Positions 33,021 to 43,349 are shown, counted from the first letter of the stretch. The stretch: 64,000 bases of DNA from Roseateles sp. (GCA_046294815.1 JBKBOJ010000001.1:17380-81379); one strand, 5' to 3'. The notes: a model not told the origin generated them from the letters alone. A program made the numbers and translations.

Positions 33021-34484
33021 ATGAGGTCTTGGATTTGGGGCGGCCTGGCGGCCTGCATGATGGCCATGGGTGTGCAGGCGGCGTCGCCGACGAACGCGGC
33101 CAACCCGCCGGCGCCGCGCGTGCAGCAGCGCCCTGCCGCCACACCGCCGCGCAGCGCAACGCCGCTCAAGCCGCCGGTTGCGGCGCCGGCCCCGGCGACG
33201 GCGGCGCAAGCCGACGCTGAACCGGTCATCCGCGGCTATGCCGTGCCCATTGGTGGTGCACTGAAGGCCGACAACGAAGAGGTCTGGCAGCGCATCGTGC
33301 AGCTCGCCGGCGGCAAGGGCGCGCGCTTCGTCGTGTTCGGCACCGCCAGCGAAGACCCCGAAGCCAGCGCCAAGCAGGTGGTGGACCTGCTGCAGCGCCG
33401 TGGCGCGGTGGCCGAGGCGCTGCCGGTGGCGCCCAAGTTCTCGTGGGTGGACCTGAACAAGGTCGTGCGCGACCCGGCGCTGATTGCCAAGGTCAAGGCC
33501 GCGCGCGGCGTGTTCTTCACCGGCGGCCTGCAGGAACGCATCGTCGATGTGCTGCAGCCGGGCGGTCAGAGCACGCCCATGCTGGACGCGATCTGGGAGG
33601 TCTACCGCAAGGGCGGCGTCGTGGCCGGCACCTCGGCCGGCGCGGCCATCATGAGCGCCGTCATGTTCCGCGACGCGCCCAGCGTCATCAACGTGCTCAA
33701 GGGCCGCTTTGCGGACGGTCGCCAGATCGATCGCGGCCTGGGCTTCGTCGGGCCGCATCTGTTCGTCGACCAGCACTTCCTGAAGCGCGGCCGCGTGGGC
33801 CGCATGATCCCCGTCATGATGGCGAAGGGCTACAAGTTGGGCCTCGGGGTCGACGAGAACACCGCTGCCATCATTCGCGGCGATGAGATCGAGGTCATCG
33901 GCGATCGCGGCTGCCTGGTGGTGGACCTGACCGAGGCGCAGCACGACACCAGCCTGGGTGCGTTCAACGTGCAGGGCGCGCGGCTGTCCTACCTGGAGCA
34001 TGGCGACCGCTACCACCTGCGCGCGCGCTCGACCACGCCGTCCGCACCCAAGCTGCGCGGCGACGTGCACGATGCCGAGTCGCCCAACTTCAGGCCCTAC
34101 TACACGGACGACGTCTTCCACCTCGACATGCTGGGCGACTCGACCATCTCCAATGCGATGATCCGGCTCATCGACAGCGTGCGCACCGAGGTCAAGGGTT
34201 TGGCCTTCGACGTGCTGCCGCGCGCCAACGATCCGCTGGCCGAGCTGGGCTTTCTGTTCCGCCTCTACAAGGGCTCGGACTCCATGGGCTGGAGCACCGA
34301 GGAGTTCGGCGGCGAGCAGTTCACGGTGACCAACCTCTACCTGGACATCACGCCGGTACGCCTGCCCATACCGCTGTACCGCAGCTGGACGCCGCCAGCC
34401 CTTCCTGCGGCCACCACCGAGCCAGCCGCCACCGCGCCGGCGCCGGCTGCCTCCGCGGCCGCACGGCGCCCCTCGGGCACCTAG
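33021..34484 (+). CDS. Cyanophycinase-family (S51) serine peptidase, exported
   Basis: Signal peptide and Pro/Ala linker; IGGA, FFTGG.Q, GTSAGA (Ser), VDQHFLKRGR (His), GVDENT (Glu); C-terminal extension. Confidence 0.88.
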   Translation: MRSWIWGGLAACMMAMGVQAASPTNAANPPAPRVQQRPAATPPRSATPLKPPVAAPAPATAAQADAEPVIRGYAVPIGGALKADNEEVWQRIVQLAGGKGARFVVFGTASEDPEASAKQVVDLLQRRGAVAEALPVAPKFSWVDLNKVVRDPALIAKVKAARGVFFTGGLQERIVDVLQPGGQSTPMLDAIWEVYRKGGVVAGTSAGAAIMSAVMFRDAPSVINVLKGRFADGRQIDRGLGFVGPHLFVDQHFLKRGRVGRMIPVMMAKGYKLGLGVDENTAAIIRGDEIEVIGDRGCLVVDLTEAQHDTSLGAFNVQGARLSYLEHGDRYHLRARSTTPSAPKLRGDVHDAESPNFRPYYTDDVFHLDMLGDSTISNAMIRLIDSVRTEVKGLAFDVLPRANDPLAELGFLFRLYKGSDSMGWSTEEFGGEQFTVTNLYLDITPVRLPIPLYRSWTPPALPAATTEPAATAPAPAASAAARRPSGT

Positions 34485-34499
34485 CTGGGCAGGGCGCCT

Positions 34500-35741
34500 A
34501 TGTCCGTCCCGTCTGGCACCGCCGTCATCATCGGCGGCGCGCTCAGGGCCGACAGCGATGTGGTCTGGCAGCGCGTCGTCGCTGAAGCCGGCGGCGCGGG
34601 CGCCCGGGTGGCCGTGTTCCCCACCGCGGCCTACGAGCCGCAGCGCGCCGCGGCGCAGATCGTGCACGCACTGCAGCGCTGTGGCGCGCGGCCCGAGGTG
34701 GTGCCGGTCGCGCCGCATTTGGCCGGCCACGACCTGCAGGTCGCGCTGCACGACCCGGCACTGATCGCGCGTGTGGCGTCCGCGCAGGCGGTGTTTTTCT
34801 CGGGCGGCGCGCAGGCGTACATCGTCGACACGCTGCAGCCCGGCGGGCGCGCCACGCCGCTGCTGGACGCCATCCGCGCACTGTTTGCGGCCGGCGGCGT
34901 GGTGGCGGGCACCAGCGCCGGTGCGGCAGTCATGAGCCGCATGATGTTCCGCGACGCGATGGACAACCTCGCCGTGCTGAAAGGCCAGTGGCGCGCCGGA
35001 CTGGAGTACGACCGCGGTTTGGGCTTCGTCGACGGCACGCTGCTGGTGGATCAGCATTTCCTCAAGCGCGGCCGCATCGGCCGCCTGCTGCCGGCGCTGC
35101 GGTCGCTGGGCTGCCGACATGGCCTCGGCGTGGACGAGAACGCGGCGGTGGTCGTGCGTGGCACGCGGCTGGAGGTCATCGGCGCCAGCGGCGCGGTGCT
35201 GGTGGACATGGCGGCGGCGACGCAGGACGCGGCGCTGCCGGCGTTCAACCTGCGCGGTGCGCGGCTGAGCCTGCTGGGCAGCGGCGACCGCCACGACCTG
35301 GCGACTGGCGAGACCGTGCCGGCCCCTGGCCGCACGCGCGAGACCCGCCCGCAGCCACCCGCCACCGACGCGTCGGCCGGCCCGCAGGCGCAGCGCTATT
35401 TCCTCGACATGCTGGGTGACGGCTGCCTGCGCAGCGCGCTGCTGCAACTGCTGTACGGCACGGAGCCCGAGGTCGGCGGCCTGGCCTACCGGGCCCACCC
35501 GCCGGCCGGCGAGGCGGCGCCCGAACTCGGCTTCGAGTTCCGGCTGCAGCGCGGCCCCGCATTCAGCGGCTGGCGCGCCGGGCCACCCGGCAGCGACGAC
35601 TGCAGCGTGCTGGACGTGCGGCTGGACGTGTTGCCGGTGCGCCTGGCCGTGCCCCTGTTCACACCGCTGGCGGCCGCCGCCGCGCATGGCGGCGGCATCC
35701 CTGAGCAAGGCGCGGCCGCGCACAATCGCGGCCATGGCTGA
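34500..35741 (+). CDS. Cyanophycinase-family (S51) serine peptidase, no signal peptide
   Basis: IIGGA, FFSGG.Q, GTSAGA, VDQHFLKRGR, GVDEN; paralogue of the upstream gene. Confidence 0.88.
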   Translation: MSVPSGTAVIIGGALRADSDVVWQRVVAEAGGAGARVAVFPTAAYEPQRAAAQIVHALQRCGARPEVVPVAPHLAGHDLQVALHDPALIARVASAQAVFFSGGAQAYIVDTLQPGGRATPLLDAIRALFAAGGVVAGTSAGAAVMSRMMFRDAMDNLAVLKGQWRAGLEYDRGLGFVDGTLLVDQHFLKRGRIGRLLPALRSLGCRHGLGVDENAAVVVRGTRLEVIGASGAVLVDMAAATQDAALPAFNLRGARLSLLGSGDRHDLATGETVPAPGRTRETRPQPPATDASAGPQAQRYFLDMLGDGCLRSALLQLLYGTEPEVGGLAYRAHPPAGEAAPELGFEFRLQRGPAFSGWRAGPPGSDDCSVLDVRLDVLPVRLAVPLFTPLAAAAAHGGGIPEQGAAAHNRGHG

Positions 35742-36246
35742 CACCGATATCCTCGAATCCCGACCCGAAGGCTTTCGGCGCGTCAGCGCCGCGCTCGCTG
35801 CCCTGGCCCATCCGCACCGGCCGCTGTGGCTGGACGTGGCCGCCCGCACCGCTCAGGAGGCGGCCGATGCGTTGGGCGTTGCGCTGGGCCAGATCGCCAA
35901 GTCCGTCGTGTTCCGTCGCAAGCTTGACGATGGCGCCGTGCTGGTCATCACCTCTGGCGACAAGCGTGTGGACGAGGCCAAGCTCAAGGCCCACACCGGC
36001 GCGCTGGGCCGCGCCGATGCCGACTTCGTGAAGGCGCGCACGGGCTTTTCCATCGGCGGCGTGTCGCCGACCGGTTTCGCGCCGGCCGACGGGGCAAAGC
36101 CGCCGCAGCTGTTCATCGACCGCGAGCTGTTCCGCTTCGACCTCATCTGGGCCGCGGCCGGCCATCCCAATGGCGTGTTCAAGCTGACGCCCCAGGAACT
36201 GCAGCGGCTGACCGGTGCGCCGGTCATCGATGTGGTGCAGTCATGA
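35734..36246 (+). CDS. YbaK/EbsC-family aminoacyl-tRNA deacylase
   Basis: ARTAQEAADALG...QIAKSVVF, TGFSIGGVSP, WAAAGHP; ATG 35734. Confidence 0.9.
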   Translation: MADTDILESRPEGFRRVSAALAALAHPHRPLWLDVAARTAQEAADALGVALGQIAKSVVFRRKLDDGAVLVITSGDKRVDEAKLKAHTGALGRADADFVKARTGFSIGGVSPTGFAPADGAKPPQLFIDRELFRFDLIWAAAGHPNGVFKLTPQELQRLTGAPVIDVVQS

Positions 36247-36461
36247 CCCCTCCATCGCCCTGCGTCAACGTCTGCCAGATGGACGCGGCCAGCGGCTGGT
36301 GCCGCGGCTGCGCACGGCGTCTCGACGAGATTGCCGGCTGGGGCAGCGCGCCCGAAGGTCGGCAGCGCCACATCCTCGATCAGTTGCCCGCACGCCGGGC
36401 CGAGCTGCAGCGGCGCGGCCTGTGGCTGGGCCCACCTCTTGCCCAGCGCAGGTCCGTATGA
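36243..36461 (+). CDS. DUF1289-family small Cys protein
   Basis: SPCVNVC.MD....WCRGCAR.LDEI..W. Confidence 0.85.
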   Translation: MTPPSPCVNVCQMDAASGWCRGCARRLDEIAGWGSAPEGRQRHILDQLPARRAELQRRGLWLGPPLAQRRSV

Positions 36462-37117
36462 AGCAACTGACCTTCTACTTCGACCCCATCTCGCCCTATG
36501 CGGCGCTGGCCTTCGAGGCCCTGCCCGAGGCGCTGGCTGGGCACAGCGTGGAGGTGGTCTACCGGCCCATCCTGTTCGCCGCGCTGCTGCAGGCGCTCGG
36601 GCAGAAGGGGCCGGCCGAGATCGAGGCCAAGCGCCGCTGGACCTTCCGCCAGGTCGCGTGGCTGGCGCATGCGCGCGGCGTCGTGTTGGACCCGCCGGCC
36701 CAGCATCCCTTCAACCCGCTGCCGCTGCTGCGCCTGGCCTGGGCTTGCGCGGCGCCCAAGGGCCAGCCGGGCGACACGCCGGGGCGCTGGGTCTCCGAGC
36801 AACTGTTCCACCACGTGTGGCGTGCGGCGGGTGCCGACGCCAACGACCCGGCCCGGCTGGCCGCGCTGACCGAGCGCCTGGCGCCCGCATTGGACCCGGC
36901 CAGCGAGGCCGTCAAGCAGCGCCTGCGCAGCGAGACCGAGGCCGCGCTGGCGCTGGGCGTATTCGGCGTGCCCACCATCGAATGCGAGGGCCGCATGTTC
37001 TGGGGCCAGGACGCCCTGCCCATGTTGCGCGCGGCGCTGGATGGCGACCCGTGGTTCAGCAGCGGCGCCTGGGAAGACGCCGCACGGCCGCGGCCCGGCA
37101 TCACGCGCCGCCACTGA
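36458..37117 (+). CDS. 2-hydroxychromene-2-carboxylate isomerase / DsbA-like (kappa GST) protein
   Basis: FYFDPISPYA, HPFNPL, GVFGVPT...FWGQD. Confidence 0.88.
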   Translation: MKQLTFYFDPISPYAALAFEALPEALAGHSVEVVYRPILFAALLQALGQKGPAEIEAKRRWTFRQVAWLAHARGVVLDPPAQHPFNPLPLLRLAWACAAPKGQPGDTPGRWVSEQLFHHVWRAAGADANDPARLAALTERLAPALDPASEAVKQRLRSETEAALALGVFGVPTIECEGRMFWGQDALPMLRAALDGDPWFSSGAWEDAARPRPGITRRH

Positions 37118-37308
37118 TCCAGCGGCCCTCGGGACTTACCCGCGGCGGGCTGCCAATCTCGCATTGAGAAACGTGAGATTCGGGTTGCTGCGGAGTTTGT
37201 CAGCCTCGATTCAGACTGGTGTCAGAACACGGTCAGAGGCGCCATGAATAGTCCGCCTGCAAGGGCCGGCCCATCCTGGGACGGCTCGACGACTAACGGA
37301 GACATTTC

Positions 37309-38988
37309 ATGGCAACTGCAGCTGGATCCGCCGCGGCGCCGATGACCAAAGAGGAGAAGAAGGTCATCTTCGCCTCCTCGCTGGGCACGGTGTTCGAGTG
37401 GTACGACTTCTATCTCTACGGTTCGCTGGCGGCCATCATCGCCAAGCAGTTCTTCGCGGGCCTGGACCCGCAGGCGGCGTTCATCGCCTCGCTGATGGCC
37501 TTCGCCGCAGGCTTCATCGTGCGCCCCTTCGGCGCGCTGGTGTTCGGGCGGCTGGGCGACATGATTGGTCGCAAGTACACCTTCCTGGTCACCATCCTGA
37601 TCATGGGCCTGTCGACCTTCATCGTCGGCGTCCTGCCCACCTACGCGACCATCGGTGCAGCGGCGCCGGTCATCCTGATCATCCTGCGCCTGCTGCAAGG
37701 CCTGGCATTGGGCGGTGAGTACGGCGGCGCGGCCACCTATGTGGCCGAGCACGCGCCGCATGGCAAGCGCGGCGCCTACACGTCCTGGATTCAAACCACC
37801 GCGACGCTGGGTCTGTTCCTGTCGCTGATGGTCATTCTCGGCACGCGTACCGCGCTGGGTGAGAAGGAGTTCGCCGAGTGGGGATGGCGCGTCCCGTTCA
37901 TCGTGTCCATCCTGTTGCTGGGCATCTCGGTGTGGATCCGGTTGTCGATGAATGAGTCGCCGGCCTTCCAGAAGATGAAGGCCGAGGGCAAGACCTCCAA
38001 GGCGCCGCTGTCCGAGTCCTTCGGCCAGTGGAAGAACCTGAAGATCGTGCTGCTGGCGCTGTTCGGCCTGGTGGCTGGCCAGGGCGTGGTCTGGTACTCG
38101 GGCCAGTTCTACGCGCTGTTCTTCCTGACGTCGGTGCTGAAGGTCGATCCGGCCAGCGCCAACATCTGGATCGCGATCTCGCTGATCCTGGGCACGCCGT
38201 TCTTCGTCGTCTTCGGCACGCTGTCCGACAAGATTGGCCGCAAGCCCATCATCATGGGCGGCCTGCTGCTGGCGGCGCTGACCTACTTCCCGCTGTTCAA
38301 GGCGCTGACCGCCGCGGCCAACCCGGACCTGGCCAAGGCCCAGGCCACCTCCAAGGTGACGCTGAGCACGAACACGGCCAGCTGCTCCTTCCAGGGCAGC
38401 CCCTTGGCGCGTGAAGTCGACTTCACCAGCGCCTGCGACATCGCCAAGCGTGCACTGGCCCAGTCGTCGGCCAGCTTCGAGACCGTCGAGGCCCCGGCAG
38501 GCGCGCCGACCGTGGTCAAGGTGGGCGACAAGGAGATCGCCGTCCCAACCGCAAGCAAGCTGACCGAGCACAAGTTCGACGAAGCCTCCACCAAGGCCAT
38601 CGCTGCCTTCAAGAAGGAGCTGGCTGACGCGTTGAAGGCCGCCGGCTACCCGGCCAAGGCGGACATGTCCAAGGCCAATGTGCCCATGGTCATCGGCATC
38701 CTGTTCGTGCTGGTGCTGTACGTGACCATGGTCTATGGCCCGATCGCCGCCATGCTGGTGGAGCTGTTCCCGACCCGCATCCGCTACACCTCCATGAGCC
38801 TGCCCTACCACATCGGCAACGGCTGGTTCGGCGGCATGCTGCCCTCCATCACCTTCGCGATGGTGGCGCAGAACGGCAACATCTATCACGGCCTGTGGTA
38901 CCCCATCGTCATCGCCGCGATGAGCCTGGTCATCGGCCTGCTGTTCATCCGCGAGACCAAGGACGTGGACATCTACGCCAAGGACTGA
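37309..38988 (+). CDS. MFS transporter, metabolite:H+ symporter (MHS) family
   Basis: GTVFEWYDF, RPFGALVFGRLGD.IGRK, QGLALGGEYGGA, ELFPTRIRY. Confidence 0.93.
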   Translation: MATAAGSAAAPMTKEEKKVIFASSLGTVFEWYDFYLYGSLAAIIAKQFFAGLDPQAAFIASLMAFAAGFIVRPFGALVFGRLGDMIGRKYTFLVTILIMGLSTFIVGVLPTYATIGAAAPVILIILRLLQGLALGGEYGGAATYVAEHAPHGKRGAYTSWIQTTATLGLFLSLMVILGTRTALGEKEFAEWGWRVPFIVSILLLGISVWIRLSMNESPAFQKMKAEGKTSKAPLSESFGQWKNLKIVLLALFGLVAGQGVVWYSGQFYALFFLTSVLKVDPASANIWIAISLILGTPFFVVFGTLSDKIGRKPIIMGGLLLAALTYFPLFKALTAAANPDLAKAQATSKVTLSTNTASCSFQGSPLAREVDFTSACDIAKRALAQSSASFETVEAPAGAPTVVKVGDKEIAVPTASKLTEHKFDEASTKAIAAFKKELADALKAAGYPAKADMSKANVPMVIGILFVLVLYVTMVYGPIAAMLVELFPTRIRYTSMSLPYHIGNGWFGGMLPSITFAMVAQNGNIYHGLWYPIVIAAMSLVIGLLFIRETKDVDIYAKD

Positions 38989-39035
38989 CCCGGCACCCGT
39001 CGGCCGTCAGGCCGGTGGGCCCCGCCCTCGCATCC

Positions 39036-39063
39036 AGGGCCGGCAGCGTTGCCGGCCCTTTTT
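39036..39063 (+). terminator. Intrinsic terminator after the MFS gene
   Basis: Hairpin AGGGCCGGCA-GCGT-TGCCGGCCCT followed by TTTT. Confidence 0.8.
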
Positions 39064-39120
39064 CATGGCCGGGGAAGCCACGGCTTGTCTATGGTCCGCC
39101 GCCCTGCGACGATGGCGCGG

Positions 39121-40167
39121 ATGCCCAGATCCAAAGACTTCCCCGGCGGCGGCCCCGGCGAGCAGCGCCGCCTGCAAATGGCCGATATCGCGCGGCTGGC
39201 CGGCGTGTCGGTGTCCACCGTGTCGCGCGCGCTCAATGGCAGCGCGCTCGTCACGGCTGAGACCCGCCAGCGTGTGGCCGAGCTGGCCCGCTCGCTGAAC
39301 TACTCGATCAACTCCGGCGCGCGCAACCTGCGGCTGCAGGAGAACAAGACCGTGGCGGTCGTCGTGCCCTATGACGCCAAGTCGCGCCAGCACATCTCCG
39401 ATCCCTTCTTCCTGTCCATCGTCGGCGCCATCGCCGACGCGCTGACCGACCGCGGCTATGAGATGCTGCTGTCCCGCGTGGACGCCGAGCGGCTGGACCT
39501 GGCGGCGCGTTGGTTCGACTCCGGCAAGGCCATAGGCATCGTGCTGATCGGCCAGTGGCGCCACCACGACCAGCTCAATGAGATGGCCGCACGCAAGCTG
39601 CCGCTGGTGGTCTGGGGCGGCGAGATGCCGCAGCAGCTCTATTGCAGCGTGGGCGGCGACAACGTGCTGGGCGGCACGCTGGCCACACGCCACCTGCTGC
39701 GCCTGGGGCGCCGCCGCATCGCCTTCATTGGTGACGCCCGCCTGCCCGAACCCTGGCTGCGTCGTCAGGGTTATGCGCAGGCGCTGCGCGAGGCCGGTTT
39801 GGCTGTCGAGCCAGCGCTGGAGCTGGCAGCGCCCTTCGAGCCGGGCGTGGCCAGCGCCGTCGTGCACGAGTTCTGCGCCGCACAGCGCGACTTTGACGCG
39901 GTGCTGTGCTGCAGCGACGTGCTGGCCCTGCTGACCATCCAGGCCTTGCGCGCTGTCGGGCGCCGCGTGCCGCAGGACGTGGCGGTCGTGGGTTATGACG
40001 ACATGCCGCTGGCCGCCTACTGCGATCCGCCGCTGACGACGGTGCACCAGCCGGTGGCCCAGGCCGGCGAGGCGCTGGTCGAGGCCTTGCTGGCGCAACT
40101 GCGCGGCGAGCGCGTCGGGCCGCGGACCCTGCCGGTTCACCTGACGCTGCGCGCCAGTGCGCCCTGA
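39121..40167 (+). CDS. LacI-family transcriptional regulator
   Basis: HTH MADIARLAGVSVSTVSRAL, VPQDVAVVGYDD, PPLTTVHQP. Start uncertain (39112, 39121 or 39178). Confidence 0.92.
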   Translation: MPRSKDFPGGGPGEQRRLQMADIARLAGVSVSTVSRALNGSALVTAETRQRVAELARSLNYSINSGARNLRLQENKTVAVVVPYDAKSRQHISDPFFLSIVGAIADALTDRGYEMLLSRVDAERLDLAARWFDSGKAIGIVLIGQWRHHDQLNEMAARKLPLVVWGGEMPQQLYCSVGGDNVLGGTLATRHLLRLGRRRIAFIGDARLPEPWLRRQGYAQALREAGLAVEPALELAAPFEPGVASAVVHEFCAAQRDFDAVLCCSDVLALLTIQALRAVGRRVPQDVAVVGYDDMPLAAYCDPPLTTVHQPVAQAGEALVEALLAQLRGERVGPRTLPVHLTLRASAP

Positions 40168-40241
40168 GCAGGCTGCCGCTTCAGTTGAGCGTCAGCCTCG
40201 GGCTCCAGAATGCGCCAGGCATTCAAACTGGAGATCCAAGC

Positions 40242-40421
40242 ATGTGGAAAGTGATCGTCGGCTTCATCGTCTTTGCCGCGCTGGCGCTATATATCCTGAC
40301 CAAGAGCGGCGGCAACATCGACCTCTCGGGCGAGAAGCATGACGTCAGCGCGCCGCACGAGCCGGCGGCGTCAGCCGCCGTGACGGCGCCCGTCGAAGCG
40401 GCCTCCGCCGCGTCGCAGTAA
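40242..40421 (+). CDS. Small single-TM hypothetical protein
   Basis: SD GGAG before ATG 40242; MWKVIVGFIVFAALALYIL followed by an Ala-rich tail. Confidence 0.7.
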   Translation: MWKVIVGFIVFAALALYILTKSGGNIDLSGEKHDVSAPHEPAASAAVTAPVEAASAASQ

Positions 40422-40425
40422 GCCC

Positions 40426-42066
40426 TCAGCGTCTTGCGCCGTCGGCCTCGTCGCCGCCGGCGCGTTGCGGCGCCACCCGCGGCAAGCGCATCAGCATTTG
40501 CGTGCCCTGACCGGGCGCGGAGTGCACCTCGATCTGGCCGCCCAGCACGTTGGTGACGATGCTGTGCACGATGTGCATGCCCAGGCCCGACCCGCCAGTC
40601 CCCAGCTTGGTCGTGAAGAAGGGATCGAAGATGCGTCGCCGCACCGACTCGTCCATGCCACGACCGTTGTCGCTGACGCTCAGCAAGGCCTCCGCGTCGC
40701 CCAGCGGCTCACAGTGCACCTTGACGTGGCCCTGGGCCATGCCGTCCAAGCCATGCAGCAGCGCGTTCATCAGCAGGTTGGTCAGCACCTGTCCCAGCGC
40801 GCCGGGGTAGCTGTTCATGGTCAGGCCCGCGCACAAGTCGGTCTGGATGACGTAGGGTGTGTGCTTGAAGCTGGGCTCCACCATCACCAGCACGTCCTCC
40901 ACGACATTGGCCAGGTCGAAGTCGCGGCGCAGGTCGGAGGTCTGGTCGGTGGCCACCTGCTTGAAGTCGCTCACCAGGTCGGCGGCCTTCTGCACGTTGC
41001 GTTGCAGGATGTCCTGGCCGCGCCGCGTGTCGCGGGCCAGTTGCTCCAGCGTGCTGCGGCGCAGTTGCACCGTGCCGGCCAGCATGGCCTCCAGCTGCTT
41101 GTAGCGCTCGTCCAGCGCCGACACCACGGTCAGCGCATTGCCCAGCGGCGTGTTCAGCTCATGCGCCACGCCCGCGACCAGCCGCCCCAGCGAGGCCAGC
41201 TTCTCGGACTCGACCAGCTCGTGCTGTGCCTTCTGCAGCGTCTGCAGCGCCTCGGACAGCTCGGCATTGCTGGCGGTCAGCTCGGCGGTGCGTTGCGCGA
41301 CCGTCTGCTCCAGGTTGAGGTTCTGCTGGCGCAGCGCCTCGAAGGCCGACAGCAGCGACTGGCGCATGCCCTCCATCGCGACGCCCACGCGCACGATCTC
41401 GTCGGCGCCGCCGCTGACGTGCAGCGGCTGTTCCAGCCGGCCCGCCGCCAGCGCCTCGGCCGAAGCGGTCAGCTCCGTCATGGGGCTCAGCACGTAGCGC
41501 TGCAGCACCCACAGCATCAGCATCAGCGACAGCGACAGCGTCAGGCCGCTGCGCCACACGGTGCGCCACATCTCGGCTTGCTTGGCCTGCAGCATCGGCG
41601 CGGCGCTCATGCTGACCGTCAGCTTGGCGATCTCGCGGCCTTCGCGCAGCACCGGGCGGGTCTGACTCAGCACCAGCGCGGGGTCGGACGGCTCGTCGCC
41701 GCGCTGCTGTGACAGGAAGGGCACCGACGACATCGGCTCCTCCACCACCACCGAGACGAAGCGCGGGTCGTTCATCTGTGCCTTGACCACGGGGTCCGCC
41801 AGGTCGGGTGCGACCTGCCAAAGCGGCTCGGCCAGCGACAGCGCCATGACCTGCGTCGCCCGCGCGAGGTCTCGTCTGAGGTCGTCCATCGCCGTGGCGC
41901 GGGTCCTCTGCATGTCGTACAGCAGCACGGCCGTCGTCGGCAGCAGCAGCCCCAGCAGCAGGGCCAGCGCGACGGCAAAGGTCAGCGAGTTGCGTCGCCA
42001 GTCCAGCCATGCGGGCTGATGGCGCGGTGCAGCGGCGGGCTGGGGCGGTGCGGCTTGATCCGACAT
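40426..42066 (-). CDS. Membrane sensor histidine kinase (HAMP, NtrB-like HisKA/HATPase)
   Basis: Two TM segments, HAMP, EKLASLGRLVAGVAHELNTPLG, NLLMNA, DNGRG, FDPFFTTK, GSGLG. Confidence 0.92.
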   Translation of the reverse strand: MSDQAAPPQPAAAPRHQPAWLDWRRNSLTFAVALALLLGLLLPTTAVLLYDMQRTRATAMDDLRRDLARATQVMALSLAEPLWQVAPDLADPVVKAQMNDPRFVSVVVEEPMSSVPFLSQQRGDEPSDPALVLSQTRPVLREGREIAKLTVSMSAAPMLQAKQAEMWRTVWRSGLTLSLSLMLMLWVLQRYVLSPMTELTASAEALAAGRLEQPLHVSGGADEIVRVGVAMEGMRQSLLSAFEALRQQNLNLEQTVAQRTAELTASNAELSEALQTLQKAQHELVESEKLASLGRLVAGVAHELNTPLGNALTVVSALDERYKQLEAMLAGTVQLRRSTLEQLARDTRRGQDILQRNVQKAADLVSDFKQVATDQTSDLRRDFDLANVVEDVLVMVEPSFKHTPYVIQTDLCAGLTMNSYPGALGQVLTNLLMNALLHGLDGMAQGHVKVHCEPLGDAEALLSVSDNGRGMDESVRRRIFDPFFTTKLGTGGSGLGMHIVHSIVTNVLGGQIEVHSAPGQGTQMLMRLPRVAPQRAGGDEADGARR

Positions 42067-42236
42067 AGGGGCGCGAATCAGTGTAGGGCCGTGAAATCCT
42101 CGCGAAACCGGCCGTCGGGCAGGCAATCATCCGGGTTTTTCCTGGGATGGCGGGCGGCGTGGCCGCGCGCGTGCTGACGCCACAATGCGCCGCCAGAAAG
42201 CAAGAGGCGCACGCGTCGCGACCCGGAGGAAGAACA

Positions 42237-43349
42237 GTGAATCGTTGGGCAGGCCTGGCGGCATTGTTGGCCGCCTTTTTTGGCGTGAACGCCGCGCTTG
42301 CGCAGGGGACGCTGCGCATCGGCATGGTGGCGGGCTTCACGGGCCCGGTGGCGGGGTTGGTCCAGGAGAGCGCCGAAGGCGCGAGGCTCTTATTCGACGC
42401 GGTCAATGCGCAGGGCGGCGTCCGTGGCCAGACCATCGAGCTGGTCACGCAGGACGACAAGTACGACCCCGCCACCGCCGCCGCGCAGGCCAAGGCGCTG
42501 GCCAGCCAGGGTGTGCTGGCGCTGATGCTCAGCCGCGGCACCGACACCACCGAGGCCATGCTGCCGGTGCTCAAGGAAAACCGCCTGCCGCTGATCGCGC
42601 CGGCCACGGGCGCCATCAGCCTGCGCGAGCCGGTCCAGCCTTTCGTGTTCCACCTGCGCGCCAGCTATCAACAGGAGGCCGAGCGCGCGGTGCGCCACCT
42701 GGCCGGCATCGGCGTCAAGCGCATCACCATCGTGCAGGTCAACGACGCCTTCGGCAACGATGCCGGCAAGGGTGCCATCAAGGGGCTGGACGCGCTCAAG
42801 ATGCGCGCACTCTCGCACCTGCGCTACGACCGCAACAAGCCCAATCTCGCGCCCACCATGCAGGCCATCGCCAAGGCCGGCATCGAGGCCGTCGTGCTGA
42901 TCGGCCCGGCTTACGCAGTGGTGGAGGGCGTCAAAGCGCTGCGCGCGGCCGGCTCCACGGCCCACGTGGCCACGCTGTCCAACAACGCATCCAGCGACTT
43001 CGTCAGGGCGCTGGGCGAGCACGCCCGCGGCGTCATCGTCACGCAATTGCTGCCCTATGAGCGCTCCACGGCCAGCCCGCTGGTGCGCGAGGCCCAGGCG
43101 CTGGCCAAGGCCGCGGGCCGCGGCGAGCTCACACCCGCGCAGCTGGAGGGCTTTGCGGCGGCCAAGCTCGTCGTCGAGGCGCTGCGCCGCACCGGCAAGG
43201 ACGTGGACCGCGCCGGCCTCGTCCGTGCGCTGGAAGGGCCGCAGCTGGACATCGGCGGTCTGCAGGTCGGCTACAGCGACAAGGAACACAACGGGCTGGA
43301 GTTCACCGACGTGTCCATCATTGGGCCCGATGGCAAATTCTGGCGGTAG
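42237..43349 (+). CDS. Periplasmic binding protein, branched-chain amino-acid (type 1) family
   Basis: Signal peptide, NAQGGVRG..IEL...DDKYDP, FHLRASY; GTG start after GGAGG. Confidence 0.88.
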   Translation: MNRWAGLAALLAAFFGVNAALAQGTLRIGMVAGFTGPVAGLVQESAEGARLLFDAVNAQGGVRGQTIELVTQDDKYDPATAAAQAKALASQGVLALMLSRGTDTTEAMLPVLKENRLPLIAPATGAISLREPVQPFVFHLRASYQQEAERAVRHLAGIGVKRITIVQVNDAFGNDAGKGAIKGLDALKMRALSHLRYDRNKPNLAPTMQAIAKAGIEAVVLIGPAYAVVEGVKALRAAGSTAHVATLSNNASSDFVRALGEHARGVIVTQLLPYERSTASPLVREAQALAKAAGRGELTPAQLEGFAAAKLVVEALRRTGKDVDRAGLVRALEGPQLDIGGLQVGYSDKEHNGLEFTDVSIIGPDGKFWR

